DNA of 64,000 nt from Mantamonas sphyraenae STR306 (lineage: Eukaryota > Protista > CRuMs), in contig JAPMXV010000045.1 of NCBI GenBank assembly GCA_026936335.1, forward strand, positions 310,001 to 374,000, in the 5' to 3' direction. The position numbers and the translations under genes are program-made. Below are positions 10,470-22,920 of this stretch, in pieces. Under the pieces are notes generated by a model. That model had not been told where the DNA came from. It worked only from the letters and a program-made list of their open reading frames with translations, and did not search any database. The stretch's first letter is position 1; every line of letters starts with the position of its first letter.

Positions 10470-12189
10470 ATGTGGCGGAACAGTGCGCTGCTGATGGCAG
10501 TGACCATGGCTGCACTCTCAGTGTTCTTCCACCTCTATGTCCCCGATGCCTACATGGACGAGGTGTTCCATGTGCCCCAGACTCGTCGCTACTGCCAGGG
10601 AAACTGGCGGGAGTACGACCCCAAAATCTCCACTCCGCCTGGCCTGTACCTCGTCGCTTATTTGTACATTCGCGTCCTACAACTCGCCAACGCTGTGTTC
10701 CCCGTGCTTCCCACTGCCCAGCATGTTTGCTCCGTCACCGTCATGAGGTACGTCCCGCCCTTGGGCTCCTTTGTTCACCAGCGGCCCTCTTTCGCTGGGG
10801 TGATTTGCGTTCTCGCCCGCACACCCGCTCCCTATGCCAGCGTAGGCCCGCTTCCGTCCGCCCCTAGTCTCACACACGCGTGCGCCACCTTTCCGTTTGC
10901 AGATCTCTCAACCTGTGGTTTGGTCTGGGCAACTTTTGGCTCTTCTTTCGCATTTCCAAGAGCCTTGCTGCGTCTGACGCCGACGTGGCGCTGCTGGTCG
11001 CGCGAGCCGCTGCACACACTCTATTTCCCGTCTCTTCTTCTTCAACTTTGTGTACTACACCGACCCTGGCAGTGTCTTCTTCACCCTCCTCATGTATTAT
11101 TTCTCGCTGCGTGGCAAACACATCTTTGCCGCCGTCGCCGGCGCCGTCGCCCTACTGTTCCGGCAGACCACGCTGGTGTGGATTGCCTTTGTGTGCGCAT
11201 CCCTCCTCGTCAAACGACTGGAGAACGAGGTGTACACCTCGCTGTGGACCCAACCTCTGGGTTCAGGCGGTGACCACGAACCACGCAAGGTCTACCAGAC
11301 CCTGGTAGTTCCACAGAAGGACGATGCGTCTGCTACACGTGTGCGCAGCCGTGCTCGTTCACGCTCTCGCAGCAACAGTATCAAACGTGGAGCCAAGGCC
11401 GTGTACACACGGCCCTCGCTGCTGGCCGTCATCATCCGCTTTGTGCAGGTGCTGTGGCGTCGTCGTGCCCTTGTGCTCGAGCTTTGCTGGCCGTATTTCG
11501 TACTCGCGTTGCTGGCTGTGAGTGCGTTTGTGCATAACGGAGGCATGGCTGTCGGCGACAAGGATGCCCACGAGCTGGTCTTTCACGCGCCCCAGGTGTT
11601 CTACTTTATCCTCTTCACCTGCTGTGCCACCTGGTACCGCACCCTGCACACCATGTGGGCGTCGCGCAAGCTTTTGCTGCGCCCCACCTGGAGTCGTGCT
11701 GTGCTCGCATTGCTGCTGTGCGTCGGCGCAGGGCTTCTCGTGCGCCAGTTCACACATACGCATCCGTACCTCCTCGCAGACAACCGTCACTTTACCTTTT
11801 ACTTGTGGAAGGCCACCCTGCAGAAGTACTGGTGGCTCAAGTACGCCATGGTGCCAGTTTACGTCCTGGGCGGCTGGGTCTGCTGGCATCAACTTGACTC
11901 TGTGTCCGCCCTCTGGCGCCTTTGCCTCTTTGGAAGCATAGCCATTGTGTTGGTGCCGGCACACCTCCTAGAGTTTCGCTACTTCCTCGTCCCCCACTTT
12001 ATGCTTCGCCTGCACGCAGATCCGCCGAAAACAAGCAGCCAGGGAAGCAGCAAGCACCTCGAATTTAAAGCTCTACGCACAGAACTACTGCTGGCCACCG
12101 TGGTCAACCTGGCTGTCATCTACCAGTTCCTCACTTGGACATTCGAGTGGCCCAATGCACCCGGCATGCTGCAGCGCCGCATGTGGTGA
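10470..12189 (+). CDS. ALG10: Dol-P-Glc alpha-1,2-glucosyltransferase; intron 10748-10902; 1-nt frame break near 11031
   Basis: PDAYMDEVFHVPQ, DPKISTPPGLY, YYTD, FRQT, GDK.AH, HPYLLADNRHFTFY, LLEFRYF, QRRMW. Confidence 0.93.
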
Positions 12190-13557
12190 GGTTCCGGCCC
12201 TCAGCTCACAACAACACACAATGTACACAACGAATCGCTCTTCGTCACATTTCCCATCGCTCTTTGTCTTTTGGATCATTAAATTCGGCCTCTAAGGAGT
12301 GCCGAAATGGAAAAGGGGGGTTGATGCCTCATCCACAAGCAACCGCGCCTGGACCCATGTATGCGAGCTGCGAGACGTGCTGGAGTGGCAAGCTGACGTG
12401 GCGAGTCCAGGTATGAACCATGTTTGAACCGGGTGTCGGCGTGTCACGCGGTCTGGTCCTCCCTGCTCTCGCCTTCAGCACACCATCCGCAAGCGTCCCA
12501 TGTGCAGCCCAGGCCTCTGCGCACGCGGCCGCCCTGTGCTGATGCATCCAAGGGGGTGGTCTCGACTATGAAGGAGAACGTGGTTAGGCGGTAGCGGCGT
12601 TTTTGTGTGCCATGGCGCCTCGTTTTCTGGTTTGAAAGGTGTTGATGGGCGCTGCTCCTGCAGCATCAAGCCGGATCCGTTGTGAACACTCGTTGACAAT
12701 GGTTATCGAAGTAAAAAATGGGATCCGACATGTGCTTAGCGCAAGCGCAGCGCGTCCTGCAACTCGAAGTAAAAATGTTTGTTCATGACATGGTGGTTGA
12801 TATCGCTGATAGTTTTCTCTTGGCAATGTACGAAGTAAAAATCTGGCACAGAGAGAGCATCACGCCGTTGCTAGTTTCCCTGTACACTTGGTTCGGCGGG
12901 GGCGACGCAGGCGCTTCCGTTTTGTGGAAGTGACGAGGACCCAAATGTTTGGGGCGGGGCCGACAAGACGAGCAGTGGACTCACTGAGCGTACATGGTGC
13001 TTTGCACGTGGTATTGTTGGCATTGGGACAGTGCTGGAAGCGTGGATGGACACATGGAAGCTGTAGGGAGGTGTGGAAAGACAACCACCGTGTACTCACC
13101 TTTCCACAGCGCACAAGAACGTTCTTCAGCACACATGAACCACCTCTTTGGGCTTCAGTGTACCCCCTGTCGATGCACACATGCATCCATTCTGGTTCCT
13201 GTGGCACACACTAGGCTGGGTTCCCTTTCGTTTCCTTGTCACAACGCGTCCCCACTCCCCACTCCCCACGACATAGTGCGCTCACTCCACAACATCCCAC
13301 GCTTCGTTGCATTTGCAGTGTGATCCATCCTCCCTCTGCCACCATCTCCGTGTCCATTCACGTCCCCGTCCCCATCCACAGCGACCGACAACGTCGTTGC
13401 TGAGCAACTCGTTCTGCGCAAAAACCCCCCGACACTTTCCGACCCACCACCTCCTCTGCCTGCCACAGTTCCAGCCACACCACCTCGCACCAGCCTCACA
13501 CCACTTCCCCCCCACCCACATCTTCCACCTTCCGTCTCCACCCTTCCACAACCCAGC

Positions 13558-13577
13558 AGAACCTTCTCGAATTTCCG
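13558..13577 (+). promoter_or_regulatory. Heat-shock element upstream of HSP20 copy 2
   Basis: aGAAc cTTCt cGAAt tTCCg; TATA-like TTTAAAAG at 13599-13606. Confidence 0.8.
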
Positions 13578-13694
13578 CCTGCCGACCACCGAACAACCTT
13601 TAAAAGCAACCTGCGCCCCTAGCACCAACTCAACCAAGACAAAGCACAGAGCTTAAGCGAACAACCACACACACAAGCGAACAAGCGAATCAAC

Positions 13695-14213
13695 ATGAGC
13701 CTTTCCCTGTTTCGACCTTTTGCATTTGACATGGACGACTTTTTCAACGACGAGCTGACGAGCCGTCGCAGCAGCCAGAACAACAGTGGCGACGGATCCA
13801 GCCGTGCCCTGTCTGGCCTGACGGGCTACGGCCCCAAGCTGGATGTCCACGAGACGGACAAGGACATCGTGGTGCATGCAGACATGCCCGGTGTGCATGA
13901 GGACGACGTGCACATCTCCCTGCACAACGGCGTGCTCAGCCTGAGCGCAGAGCGCCAGTACAAGCACAAGGAAGAGAAGGAAGACGACGAGGGTCAGGTG
14001 ACTTACCGTCGCATCGAACGATCGTACGGCAAGTTTGAGCGTCGTCTGCGTGTGCCGAAGGGCACGACGGAGGACGACGTGTCGGCTCACCTGGAAGATG
14101 GCGTGCTGGAGCTGGTGATCACCAAGCCAGTGCAGGAGGAGGTCACGCCGAAGCGCATTGCCGTCAAGCGCCGCAGTGGCAAGGACAGCACGGAAGTGTC
14201 TGTGGATGAATAA
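13695..14213 (+). CDS. HSP20: Small heat-shock protein, copy 2 (protein identical to copy 1)
   Basis: Identical 172-aa translation; the nucleotide differences seen are synonymous (GAG/GAA, CCA/CCG). Confidence 0.96.
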   Translation: MSLSLFRPFAFDMDDFFNDELTSRRSSQNNSGDGSSRALSGLTGYGPKLDVHETDKDIVVHADMPGVHEDDVHISLHNGVLSLSAERQYKHKEEKEDDEGQVTYRRIERSYGKFERRLRVPKGTTEDDVSAHLEDGVLELVITKPVQEEVTPKRIAVKRRSGKDSTEVSVDE

Positions 14214-15533
14214 GAACGGAGAGAGCGGAAGAAGAGGAGAACGCCGCAGCGCAATGATCCCACGCATGTGGATGTGATCTTGCGTCGACGGCTCGGCTGC
14301 ACACCGATGTGAACCCAGACGTGGAATGATGGCGACTATGGACAGCTGGAGCAAGTGGGGCACTGGCGACACAAGACGCTGAGGGGGGCAAAGCACTGAA
14401 CCACGCAGCCACACTATCAGTGTCTGTGATGGGGTGTGCAGTCACACGGGAGACGGGAGACACAACAAACAACACGGACGCTTCAACCCATTCATTCTCT
14501 CTTCTATGTTCACTGGTTTCAATGGTGAGTGGTCTTGGGTGGCGGATTGTTTGCGCCGCTTCGCCCAGAACATCCTCATGTGAACACAACCCCGTTTTGT
14601 TCGAACACAACACACAGCACACAGCCCACACACACGTCCTGCGACCTCGGGTAGGTTGTGCACACAAGAGAAGCAGACACAGGGACAGCATGCGGCTGAT
14701 GATGAAGACGATATTTGCTACTAATTACTGCGGCGCAAGCCCCTGATTACAAAACATATTTACCTACCAAGATCTCTGAGGTCGCATGCTGTGGACTGTG
14801 CTGTCTGTAGCGAGGCAGAGAGAGGGTCTGCGCATGTGGACGTGGAGAAGGAAGCGCTGACGCAAAAGGCGGAACACACGCAGAGGTGCATGCAAAGCAC
14901 GCGGGCATGGCGTCGGCCAGGACACGCAGAGCGTGTGTACAGTGGACATGCACAAGGATGGACACGTGGCCAAGGCTCAGAGACAAGCCATTGTCTGCAG
15001 GGGCGCAATGCAGGTGAGCACGGGAGGCGGGAAAGGATGGAAAAGGATGGGAGGAAGACGACCACAGAGTTTGGTTGTGGGGCAGCTGCACATGCATGCC
15101 AAGGATGAGCAAAGCAATCAGACGGATGATATGGTGATCCACACAAACAACAATCTCTAAGAAGTTCTGATGGCATGCGTGTGCAGCAGGGGCAGCAGTC
15201 GGAGGGCGCAGGACACACCTGCGAGTCCCTGTGCATTGGAAAGGAGCCGCATGGAAGGTGCAGCACCGACCAGGTGCACTACACCGCTTGCATGTGTGGC
15301 TTCCAGTGTGCTCACACAGTCGCACACAGACATGATGACAGGCCACGCGGGCAGAAGCAACGGCAAACGAGTCAACCCGCGGAATCTCTTTCATCCGTGC
15401 CCAACTCCAATCCCACCTCCCAATGAACGAGAAATGAATGTACTCTGTTTGCCAGTGAGAATTCTTGTTGGCTACTCCGTGTTGCCAGGCCCGCCCCAGC
15501 AGCACCAAACAAACAGAGACCCAACCGCCGGCG

Positions 15534-18500
15534 ATGGGCTCATTCATAAGCAAGCAGCAGCAAGAGGCAAATGTGCAGGTGCTGCAGCAGCTGGCTGTAG
15601 ACCAGATCCTTCTGGAGCTGCTTGAGGAGCACGGAGAGGTGATGGATCTTGAGTTCAAGGAGCCTTTGCAATTCCCGACCATGGTCAGACCCAAGGACTT
15701 TGTCAAGTCCAAGTACAGTGGCTTGTTCAACATCAACGTGTCGGACGACATTGTGAGCAGTGTGGAGGTCAGCGAAGCCGACGGGGACGAGTGCTTGTAC
15801 TTCCTGCGCAAGGTGGGCACCAACCACAAGGACACGGGTGAGGAGGTGTCTGAAGAAGACGCCTTCTTTGTGGACGTTCGTACCATGCGCTACCTGACCG
15901 TCCATCTGCAGCACGTGAGCGCTCATGTCGGGGCCGAGGTTTTGTATCTGCTCCACGAGGAGCGGGATCCCATTCTGAAGATGGTGGGCATGTCTGGATC
16001 GCCTCAAGACTTGCTCTCACGTCTCCTCATGGACCAGAGCTCGTCGTCGTCGTCCTCCAGCAGCGACGACGGCGGTCGCAACGGCGGCGCAACGGTCACT
16101 CAGCTGCTTCTGCTCCTCAACAAGCTCGACGTCCGCGTGCTCGAGAGCAGCATGGAGATCATGGAGAGCAACCCCGGCAAGATTACTATGGAAAAGGTCA
16201 CTAGCGAGCTGGACAAGCTCAAGCTCAGCTGCGGCATTGGCCGCGAGAACGCCCTCGTCAGCATCGAGTTTTTGACCGGTTCGTTTACCGCCGTTCGTTT
16301 CCTCTGCGTTCCCCACGCCTGCACCACACTCGCTCACACAGCCTGCACCGCATCACGCCTTGGCAATGCCACTCTTCTTCCATGGAACGCGTTGTCGACT
16401 GTCCACAGACTACGTCACATTCAGCAGCAGCGTGTACGCGCCTCCGTGGCGTGCTCGCAAGGGCGAGCTCTGCTACCTCAAGGTGGGCACGTTTGATGTG
16501 GGCACCATCTATGTGGTGGCCACCCACGAAGGCTTCTACCGCTACAAGGGCATGGTTTTGGAGGATGGCAAGGAGAAGATGGACTACGAACGCATCGGCA
16601 AGGAGCAACCGAGCATTACCCACCTGCTGAAAACGGTGAGTGCACACTTTGACAAGGCCATTGGCAAGATGAACCCCATCAGTGTGCTCAAGAAACTCCC
16701 TGCGTCGCCACGGTCGCCACGAGTGCGTGCACGCCCGCCCTCGCAGGGCTCGCGACTCTTGTCTCCGCGTGGGGTCAACTCACCGCGCAACTACGACGGC
16801 GACGACGACGGCGACGCATACGACGACGACACCGCCCTGTCCGAGGACACCCTCTTTGCACATAATGCCCAGCAAGAGCGTCTGGGTGACACCCAGCGCT
16901 CAAGCGTGACGGCAGAGCCGCTGCCTCCCATTGCCGACTCCGCCAGCGTGGCCTCCACCAACAGCGGACGCTCGCGCCGCAGCAAGCGACGCACAAGCAA
17001 AACCGACGACATGTTGCTCAAGACACCGAAATCGGAACGGTGGTCGCATCTGAGCCACGAGATGGAGTATGTCGAGTCGGAACGCGCTCAACGCGGCGCC
17101 GGCGGCGGTAGCAACGGCGGCAATGGAGCCACAGCGTCTCCACGGGCAGCGCAGGCGCAATCGGCACAACAGAGTCGCCTTACCCCGGGTAAGAGTCCAT
17201 ATGCACGCAAGGGCAGCAAGAAAACGGGCGGTGGCAGCAGCAGCAGCAGCAGCAGCAGTCGCCGGGCCAGCGCCGGAGGTGGAGCGCGCCAGAGCGTGGC
17301 AAAGCAGAGGTTGGCCCTGGCCACGTCGACGTCGAGCCATGGATCGAGCAGTGGACGCAATGGAAGCAATCGAGCAGGCGCCTCGTCGTCGTCTGCGTCT
17401 GCGTCGGCGCAACAGGCAGGACGCACGGGACCGCTGCGCAGCAAATCGGGACGTCTGAGCAAGGCTGAACTGTCGCGCAGACTGAACAGTCGGTCGCGTC
17501 CGCTCTTGGAGGCGGATGAGGACGACATGAGCGACGACGACGACGAGGAAGAGGAAATCGACGAGCAGGTCATCCCCAAGGAACGGCCGCCCGACTATCA
17601 TCCGCTGAAGAAGCTGATTGAGTTTATCCGCACGGGCAACCCCAACGCCACTGTGATTGCCATGAGCAGCATCAACAACAACTATGACCTGGTGCACGAG
17701 CCCTACAACCAGTTGATTTTCAAGGAGCTCGACGGCCTTGAGCCGCTGGTGAACCTCATCGAAATGAGTGACCAGCCTAAGCACCAGCTGGGGGCCATCC
17801 ATATCCTGTCCAACGTGTCACGCCATCCAAACGTCCAGGTGTGCCTCGCTTCCATGGGGGTCATGGAACCTCTGGCTGGCATGCTGTCCACAGACAACCT
17901 GGACATGCTGGCCGCAGCCTGCCAGACCATCGGCTGGTGCTGTGGCTTTGCACCCAACCGTCGCGCCCTGCGCCATCTCGGAGGCATTGCCAAGCTGACG
18001 GACCTGCTTGAGGCCAACTACAACCGCATCTTTGACGAGAACAGCAACATGGTGACCAGCCGCAAGGCTGTCAAGGTCGTGCGCTCTGTGGCGCATGCGT
18101 TGTGGCGTGCTGCAAAGGCTAACCGCAACAAAGAGGTGCTTGCGGCGGAGAAGGGCATCGAGGTTATCGGGGCCATCCTCAACGACACCAACAACCCGCA
18201 GTTTGTCATCCCGCTGGTCAACATCCTGCGCGACTGTGCAGACCTTCCGGAAATCTGTGCCTCCATGGCCAAGCTGGGCATTGTGGAACGCATGGTCAAC
18301 CTGTGCTACGAACTGTACGAGGACGAGGCCACGCTGGCGTACCTTTGCCACGGCCTGTTTTCGCTCAGCCGCGACCCGTTGGCGCAGAAACAGGTGCGAG
18401 AGAGCGAAGGGTTGGCCTTGCTCAAGAGCATCCTGTTTGACAGTGGCATGGGATTGCAGGTGCAGCGTGGTGCGCTGGGTGCCCTCTGGCGCCTGGCCAA

Positions 18501-19398
18501 GGACGACAAGAACAGAGAGGTATTTACGCGGGAACGCGTGCTGCACCACGTCATTGGTCTGCTCGAATCCGACGACGATGACATGGTCTACCACGCTGCG
18601 GGTTTCCTGACCAACTGCAGCGAGAACGACGAAGCCCGGCAAGTGATTGGCAGCTCGTCGGCCGTGGACACCATCATGGAATTGCTGAAGAACCCATCGG
18701 CACAGATCCAAGTCAACGCAAGTGGCGCCGTGGGCGCATGTGCGCGGGACTCGCGTCTGCTGGCCAAAATCAACGATTTGGACGGCATCCGTCTGCTGTG
18801 GTCGCTGCTCAAGTCCAACGAACCGGACGTGCAAGCTGCGGCTGCGTTTGCCTTGTGTCCCTGTGTGAATGGCATCCAGGGGTCGGCTGTGCTTGTGCGA
18901 AGCTTTGTGGGTGGCCTGCAGATGCTCGTGGGCCTGCTGGCATCCGAGGACAGCGGGGTCCAGGCGGGCGTCTGTGCTGCCATCAGTGCCATCGGACGGG
19001 ACGACGAGAACCTGGCCATCATGACCGACCACGGCGTCATTCCGCTGCTGTCGCGTCTCTTGCCCACACACAGTGACAAGGTGCGACGCTACGCCGCGGA
19101 CGCCGTTGCCACCTGCGCCACGTGGGGCAACAACCGCGAGTCGTTGGAGAGTGTGGGTGCCGTCGTACCTTTGGTCGAGTACCTGCGCTCTGACGACCCA
19201 CACGTGCACTGCAGCGCAGCCACTGCCCTGTTTGAACTGAGCAAAAATGCCCAAAACAGCTTCCAGCTGCGTATGGCCGGCGCCGTACGCCTGCTGGTGG
19301 TCCTCATTGGCAGCGAGGATCACCAACTTCAGGAAATGGCTGCGGGAGCCATCTCCAACATCCGCAAGTGGCATCTGGCGGCCAAGGAGAGCAGGTGA
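15534..19398 (+). CDS. ARMC4: Outer dynein arm docking subunit ODAD2/ARMC4-like armadillo-repeat protein; intron 16279-16408
   Basis: APPWR..GELCY, GNPNATVIA, ARM repeats with GIRLLWSLLKS, VRSFVGGL, ENLAIMTDHGV, LQEMAAGAISNIRK. Confidence 0.88.
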
Positions 19399-19480
19399 AG
19401 ACAATTTGGGAAACAGGCAAACAATTGATCACTGATTCATCAGGCCACATCCACACGCACCTTTCCGCCGTGTATTTCAC

Positions 19481-20578
19481 TCAGGGCTTGTCGTCGTTGG
19501 GCTCGTCGTCTTCCTTCTTGCCGGCGGCGAGGTGTTGTTTGGTGCGATTTGTCTGGTTCTCGGCCATGCGGATGCGAGAGTACCAGGCAGCACCGGCAAT
19601 GGTGATCATGGCCCCGAGGATAGTGGACGGGCTGACCTGGGTGCCAAAGATCCACACGCCAAGGAGGGTTTGTACACAGGTTTTCGCGTTGCCAGCAATG
19701 TTGCTGGTGAGCGGCGAGGTGTGTTTGATGAGCAGCTGCACCGAAATATTGATGGCAAAGCCGAGGAGGCCCGAGAGAAGGACGGTGTACCAGAAGGAGG
19801 AGTTGTGCACGAGGGAGGAGCGCATAAAGTCGTTGTACTCGCCGTCGCCGAGGACGACGAGAAAGAGGAGGAAGCAGCTGATGAGGGAGTTGTAGTGGAG
19901 GGTGCGCCACACGTCCTTGTTGTGCACGGGCGCAGTCTTTTTGGAAAAGATGGAAAACAGGGAGACAAAGATGGAGGAGGAGACGCCAAAGAGGACACCT
20001 GTCCAGGAGAACTGGAGATCGCCGACGGTGCCCACGACGAAGCCCATCATGACGACGAGGCAGGCCATGAGTGCAGGCCTGCTTGTGGACTCGCCGAGGA
20101 AGTAGTAGGTGAAGGGGATGTTAAAGGCAATGACAAGGGAGCGGGCAATTTGGTAGTACGCAAGGTGCACGTGCTTCAGGCACAGGTTGTTGAGGGCAAG
20201 CATGCCCGAGTAGAAAAAGCCCAGCGGGAACACTTTGACGAGGATGTCCAGATCAAAGTCAAACTCTGTGATGAAGGAGAGGCAGGAGCCCCAGGAAGTG
20301 GCGCCAATCGCCCCGAGAACTATGACCAGGGCGAGACTAAAGGCGATCTGGAGCCAGGTGATGATTAGAGGCCCGGCCTGCTGGAAACCGGAGTTGTCGA
20401 GCATGTATTTGTTGATAAAGACGAGCGAGAGGCTGATGCAAAAGTAGAGGGCAATGGAACCTCCTTGCGCTGCGCGGGAGGAACGCTCCTCGATGGCGGC
20501 AGCCTCGGCAGGTTTGGGTTTGGCCTCTATCTGTTGCTGCTGCGTACTGGGCAGCGGCTGCGGGCCAGAGGAGCTCAT
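19481..20578 (-). CDS. SLC35C1: GDP-fucose transporter-like nucleotide-sugar transporter
   Basis: ISLSLVFINKY, NNLCLK.V..AYYQIARSL, IKHTSPLTSNIAGNAK.CVQT; about 10 TM. Confidence 0.85.
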   Translation of the reverse strand: MSSSGPQPLPSTQQQQIEAKPKPAEAAAIEERSSRAAQGGSIALYFCISLSLVFINKYMLDNSGFQQAGPLIITWLQIAFSLALVIVLGAIGATSWGSCLSFITEFDFDLDILVKVFPLGFFYSGMLALNNLCLKHVHLAYYQIARSLVIAFNIPFTYYFLGESTSRPALMACLVVMMGFVVGTVGDLQFSWTGVLFGVSSSIFVSLFSIFSKKTAPVHNKDVWRTLHYNSLISCFLLFLVVLGDGEYNDFMRSSLVHNSSFWYTVLLSGLLGFAINISVQLLIKHTSPLTSNIAGNAKTCVQTLLGVWIFGTQVSPSTILGAMITIAGAAWYSRIRMAENQTNRTKQHLAAGKKEDDEPNDDKP

Positions 20579-20633
20579 TGGAGTGGTGGGTGGGAGTATG
20601 CGGCTGGGGTTTTTGCTTTGTGCAGGCGGTCGC

Positions 20634-21422
20634 TCAGTCGTGCGACCGAGTGCGAGCGGTGAGCTCACGAATGCATACGCCGAGGTGGCGGTCCAGTGTG
20701 TCTACCAACATGGAGGCCATCTGTACAGGGAGGTTGCGGGCGTCCAGGTTCCATAGCTCGAGGTGAAGGGTGGCAAACATGTCACGGAAGCCGTGGAGGG
20801 CCTCGCGGGCACCCTGGAGCTTGGCGAGCTCATCCAGACACTGGTGCCTGTCAAACTGGTTGTAGAAGGAGATTTGACGTCGTGCGGTAATCTTGTGGAC
20901 TGCGTTGTCCTTGAGAGCGAGGTCGACTTGGGTGGCAATGTACTGTGCGTCGGGAATGCTGAGCCGGTCGAGGGGATGGGAAGGAGAGCGCACACGATCA
21001 CCAAACTGGAGGGCCTGTGTGAGGGAGCGAGCGTCATTGGGTGGCAGGGCAGCGAGGAGGGCGTCGCGGAACTGTGCCCGACGACGTGGATTGACGCCGA
21101 AGCTCTGTGCGAGGTACCGTGTCGTGCACCGGCTGCCGTTGATGGCGTTGTGAAAGATGTCGTGGACTGCCAGGCTGTGGGTGAGTTTGAACAGGCCTGA
21201 GCGCATGTCAAAGGTGTCGCCGGTCCATTGATCGGCAAGGGAGAGGCGAGCTCGCTTTCGGTCTGGCTGGGCGGCGGAGCTGGATTCTGCGTCTGCATCA
21301 ATTCGGTCCAGAGGAGAGTCGGGTTGGGTCTCGAGCACATTGACCTCTGGACTGCGTGTGTCGTCCTCCGAATCGCTGTCGCGGTCGTCGTGGTCGTCGC
21401 GTTTCCGCTTTCTTGTGGACAT
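20634..21422 (-). CDS. Hypothetical protein with basic NLS-like N-terminus
   Basis: 262-aa ORF from MSTRKRKR filling the gap between genes; no family recognised. Confidence 0.6.
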   Translation of the reverse strand: MSTRKRKRDDHDDRDSDSEDDTRSPEVNVLETQPDSPLDRIDADAESSSAAQPDRKRARLSLADQWTGDTFDMRSGLFKLTHSLAVHDIFHNAINGSRCTTRYLAQSFGVNPRRRAQFRDALLAALPPNDARSLTQALQFGDRVRSPSHPLDRLSIPDAQYIATQVDLALKDNAVHKITARRQISFYNQFDRHQCLDELAKLQGAREALHGFRDMFATLHLELWNLDARNLPVQMASMLVDTLDRHLGVCIRELTARTRSHD

Positions 21423-21457
21423 GGTGGATGCGCGGGGGCGGCCAAACACAGTGAGCG

Positions 21458-22073
21458 ATGAGCAAGCGACTGGTTTATGGTTCCATGATTTTGATGGTGG
21501 CTGCGAGCCACGTGGCATTGCTGGTTCACTTTCGGGACGCTTTGCCTGCCGGGGTTCAGAGCTGGCTGGATCCGCTGGGCAAGCTGGCCAAGGAGCACGA
21601 GGCCATGAACAGGCTGTTGCTCATGATGGGTGCACTGGCGGTGGTGTTGGAAACGTTGGCATGGCTGTGAGTTTGGGGCATGTGGTGAGAGCGGGGAAGG
21701 TCGCAAAAGAATGCCTGTGCGCTGACGTCGACGCGACACGGCGCACGCAAACAGGACACTGGCACTGCAAGGAGTGGTCACCGGGGTGGCAGACTTTCTC
21801 ACATCGCCTCTCATGGGCGTTGTTTACGGTTATGGCACGATCTTTGTGGTCGTGTGGGCGATCTGGTTTCGGGAGATGTCTTTTGCGGAGTACGTGGATC
21901 ACGTCTGGCACAGCGAGGCGGTTCAAGGGTGTGATTTCCGTAGTGCGAAACTCTTGGGTCGGCCATGTAGTGCGCAGTGTTGCGCACAGCTTGGCACAGA
22001 GGTTGCAGGAAGGGGAAGCAATGTAGTCGCCAATTTGGTGCGAAAGAGAGTACATGGTGGATCCTCGGCATGA
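21458..22073 (+). CDS. Hypothetical small membrane protein; intron about 21667-21753; 3' end uncertain (22026 or 22073)
   Basis: Hydrophobic ORF with a GTGAGT donor and CAG acceptor joining to a second hydrophobic ORF. Confidence 0.5.
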
Positions 22074-22185
22074 GTGGATGATGGAGCGTTGGATGGGAAC
22101 GTTGTCAGTTCTTGGAGGGGGCATATTGTTGTTGGTGCGAGCAGAGGAGCAATTGAACGGCAAGGCAGAAAAACCACACGACAAG

Positions 22186-22920
22186 ATGGGGATCATCGAT
22201 CAGCTTGAGGCACAAGACTGGACGCAAGAGGTTGTGGGTGGTGTGAGCACACAGAGCAGCAGCAGCAGCTCAAGCAGCAGCAGTAGCTCAAGCAGCAGCA
22301 GTAGCAGCAGCTCCAACATGGGCAACCCGCTGCAGGTGGTGCTTGTGAACGACCCAGGGCTAGACATGGAATGTCAGGAAGGAAAGGATGTGTTGAGCGG
22401 CATCTTGGATGTAGAAACGCAGTGTTTCGGGGATGCAGCGTACGGTGAACGAGTGTTTCACAGGATTCTGGAAAAGGGAATTCAGCGCGAACAGCTGTGT
22501 TTTTGTGCGGCTCGCGTAGAGCGAGGCCGTGTGCAGGTTGCAGGTTACTGTCTGGCGAGCACCATGCTTGTGAGTGCGGACGAAGTTGGACCCGAAGTGA
22601 CGACGTTCTCCTCGCAATGGCAAGAGGACGACCCAATGCTCTTGATCGCCAGCCTGGGCGTGAGCAAGGATCACAGGCGCATGGGTGTTGGAAGGAGGCT
22701 GCTTCAAACCGCCCTGGAGTATGCGCCAGGGCTGGTGGACACCGATCTAAAGGGCTCGTGCTTGCACGCCAGCATCACCAACGGTTCGGCCCTGCAACTC
22801 TACGAGGATGTCGGTTTCAAACCGGTGTCCCTGATCAAGAACTACTACGAAGGAATGGGCAGTGAGTTTCACGGCGCAAGCAGGCATGCATGGTTCATGG
22901 CGCGTGATTGGGACCAATGA
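22186..22920 (+). CDS. GNAT acetyltransferase (RimI-like); start may be 22054
   Basis: IASLGVSKDHRRMGVG (motif A), LHAS..N..ALQLYE.VGF, IKNYY. Confidence 0.88.
   Translation: MGIIDQLEAQDWTQEVVGGVSTQSSSSSSSSSSSSSSSSSSSSNMGNPLQVVLVNDPGLDMECQEGKDVLSGILDVETQCFGDAAYGERVFHRILEKGIQREQLCFCAARVERGRVQVAGYCLASTMLVSADEVGPEVTTFSSQWQEDDPMLLIASLGVSKDHRRMGVGRRLLQTALEYAPGLVDTDLKGSCLHASITNGSALQLYEDVGFKPVSLIKNYYEGMGSEFHGASRHAWFMARDWDQ

Larger units (their letters stand above)
12246..14450. repeat. Right arm of large inverted repeat (true outer end may lie beyond 14450)
   Basis: Reverse complement of 1-2207. Confidence 0.97.

Noticed and set aside
1-14450. Composite transposon or Polinton with terminal inverted repeats
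   Set aside because: No transposase, integrase or polymerase ORF; cargo is housekeeping genes; no TSD visible
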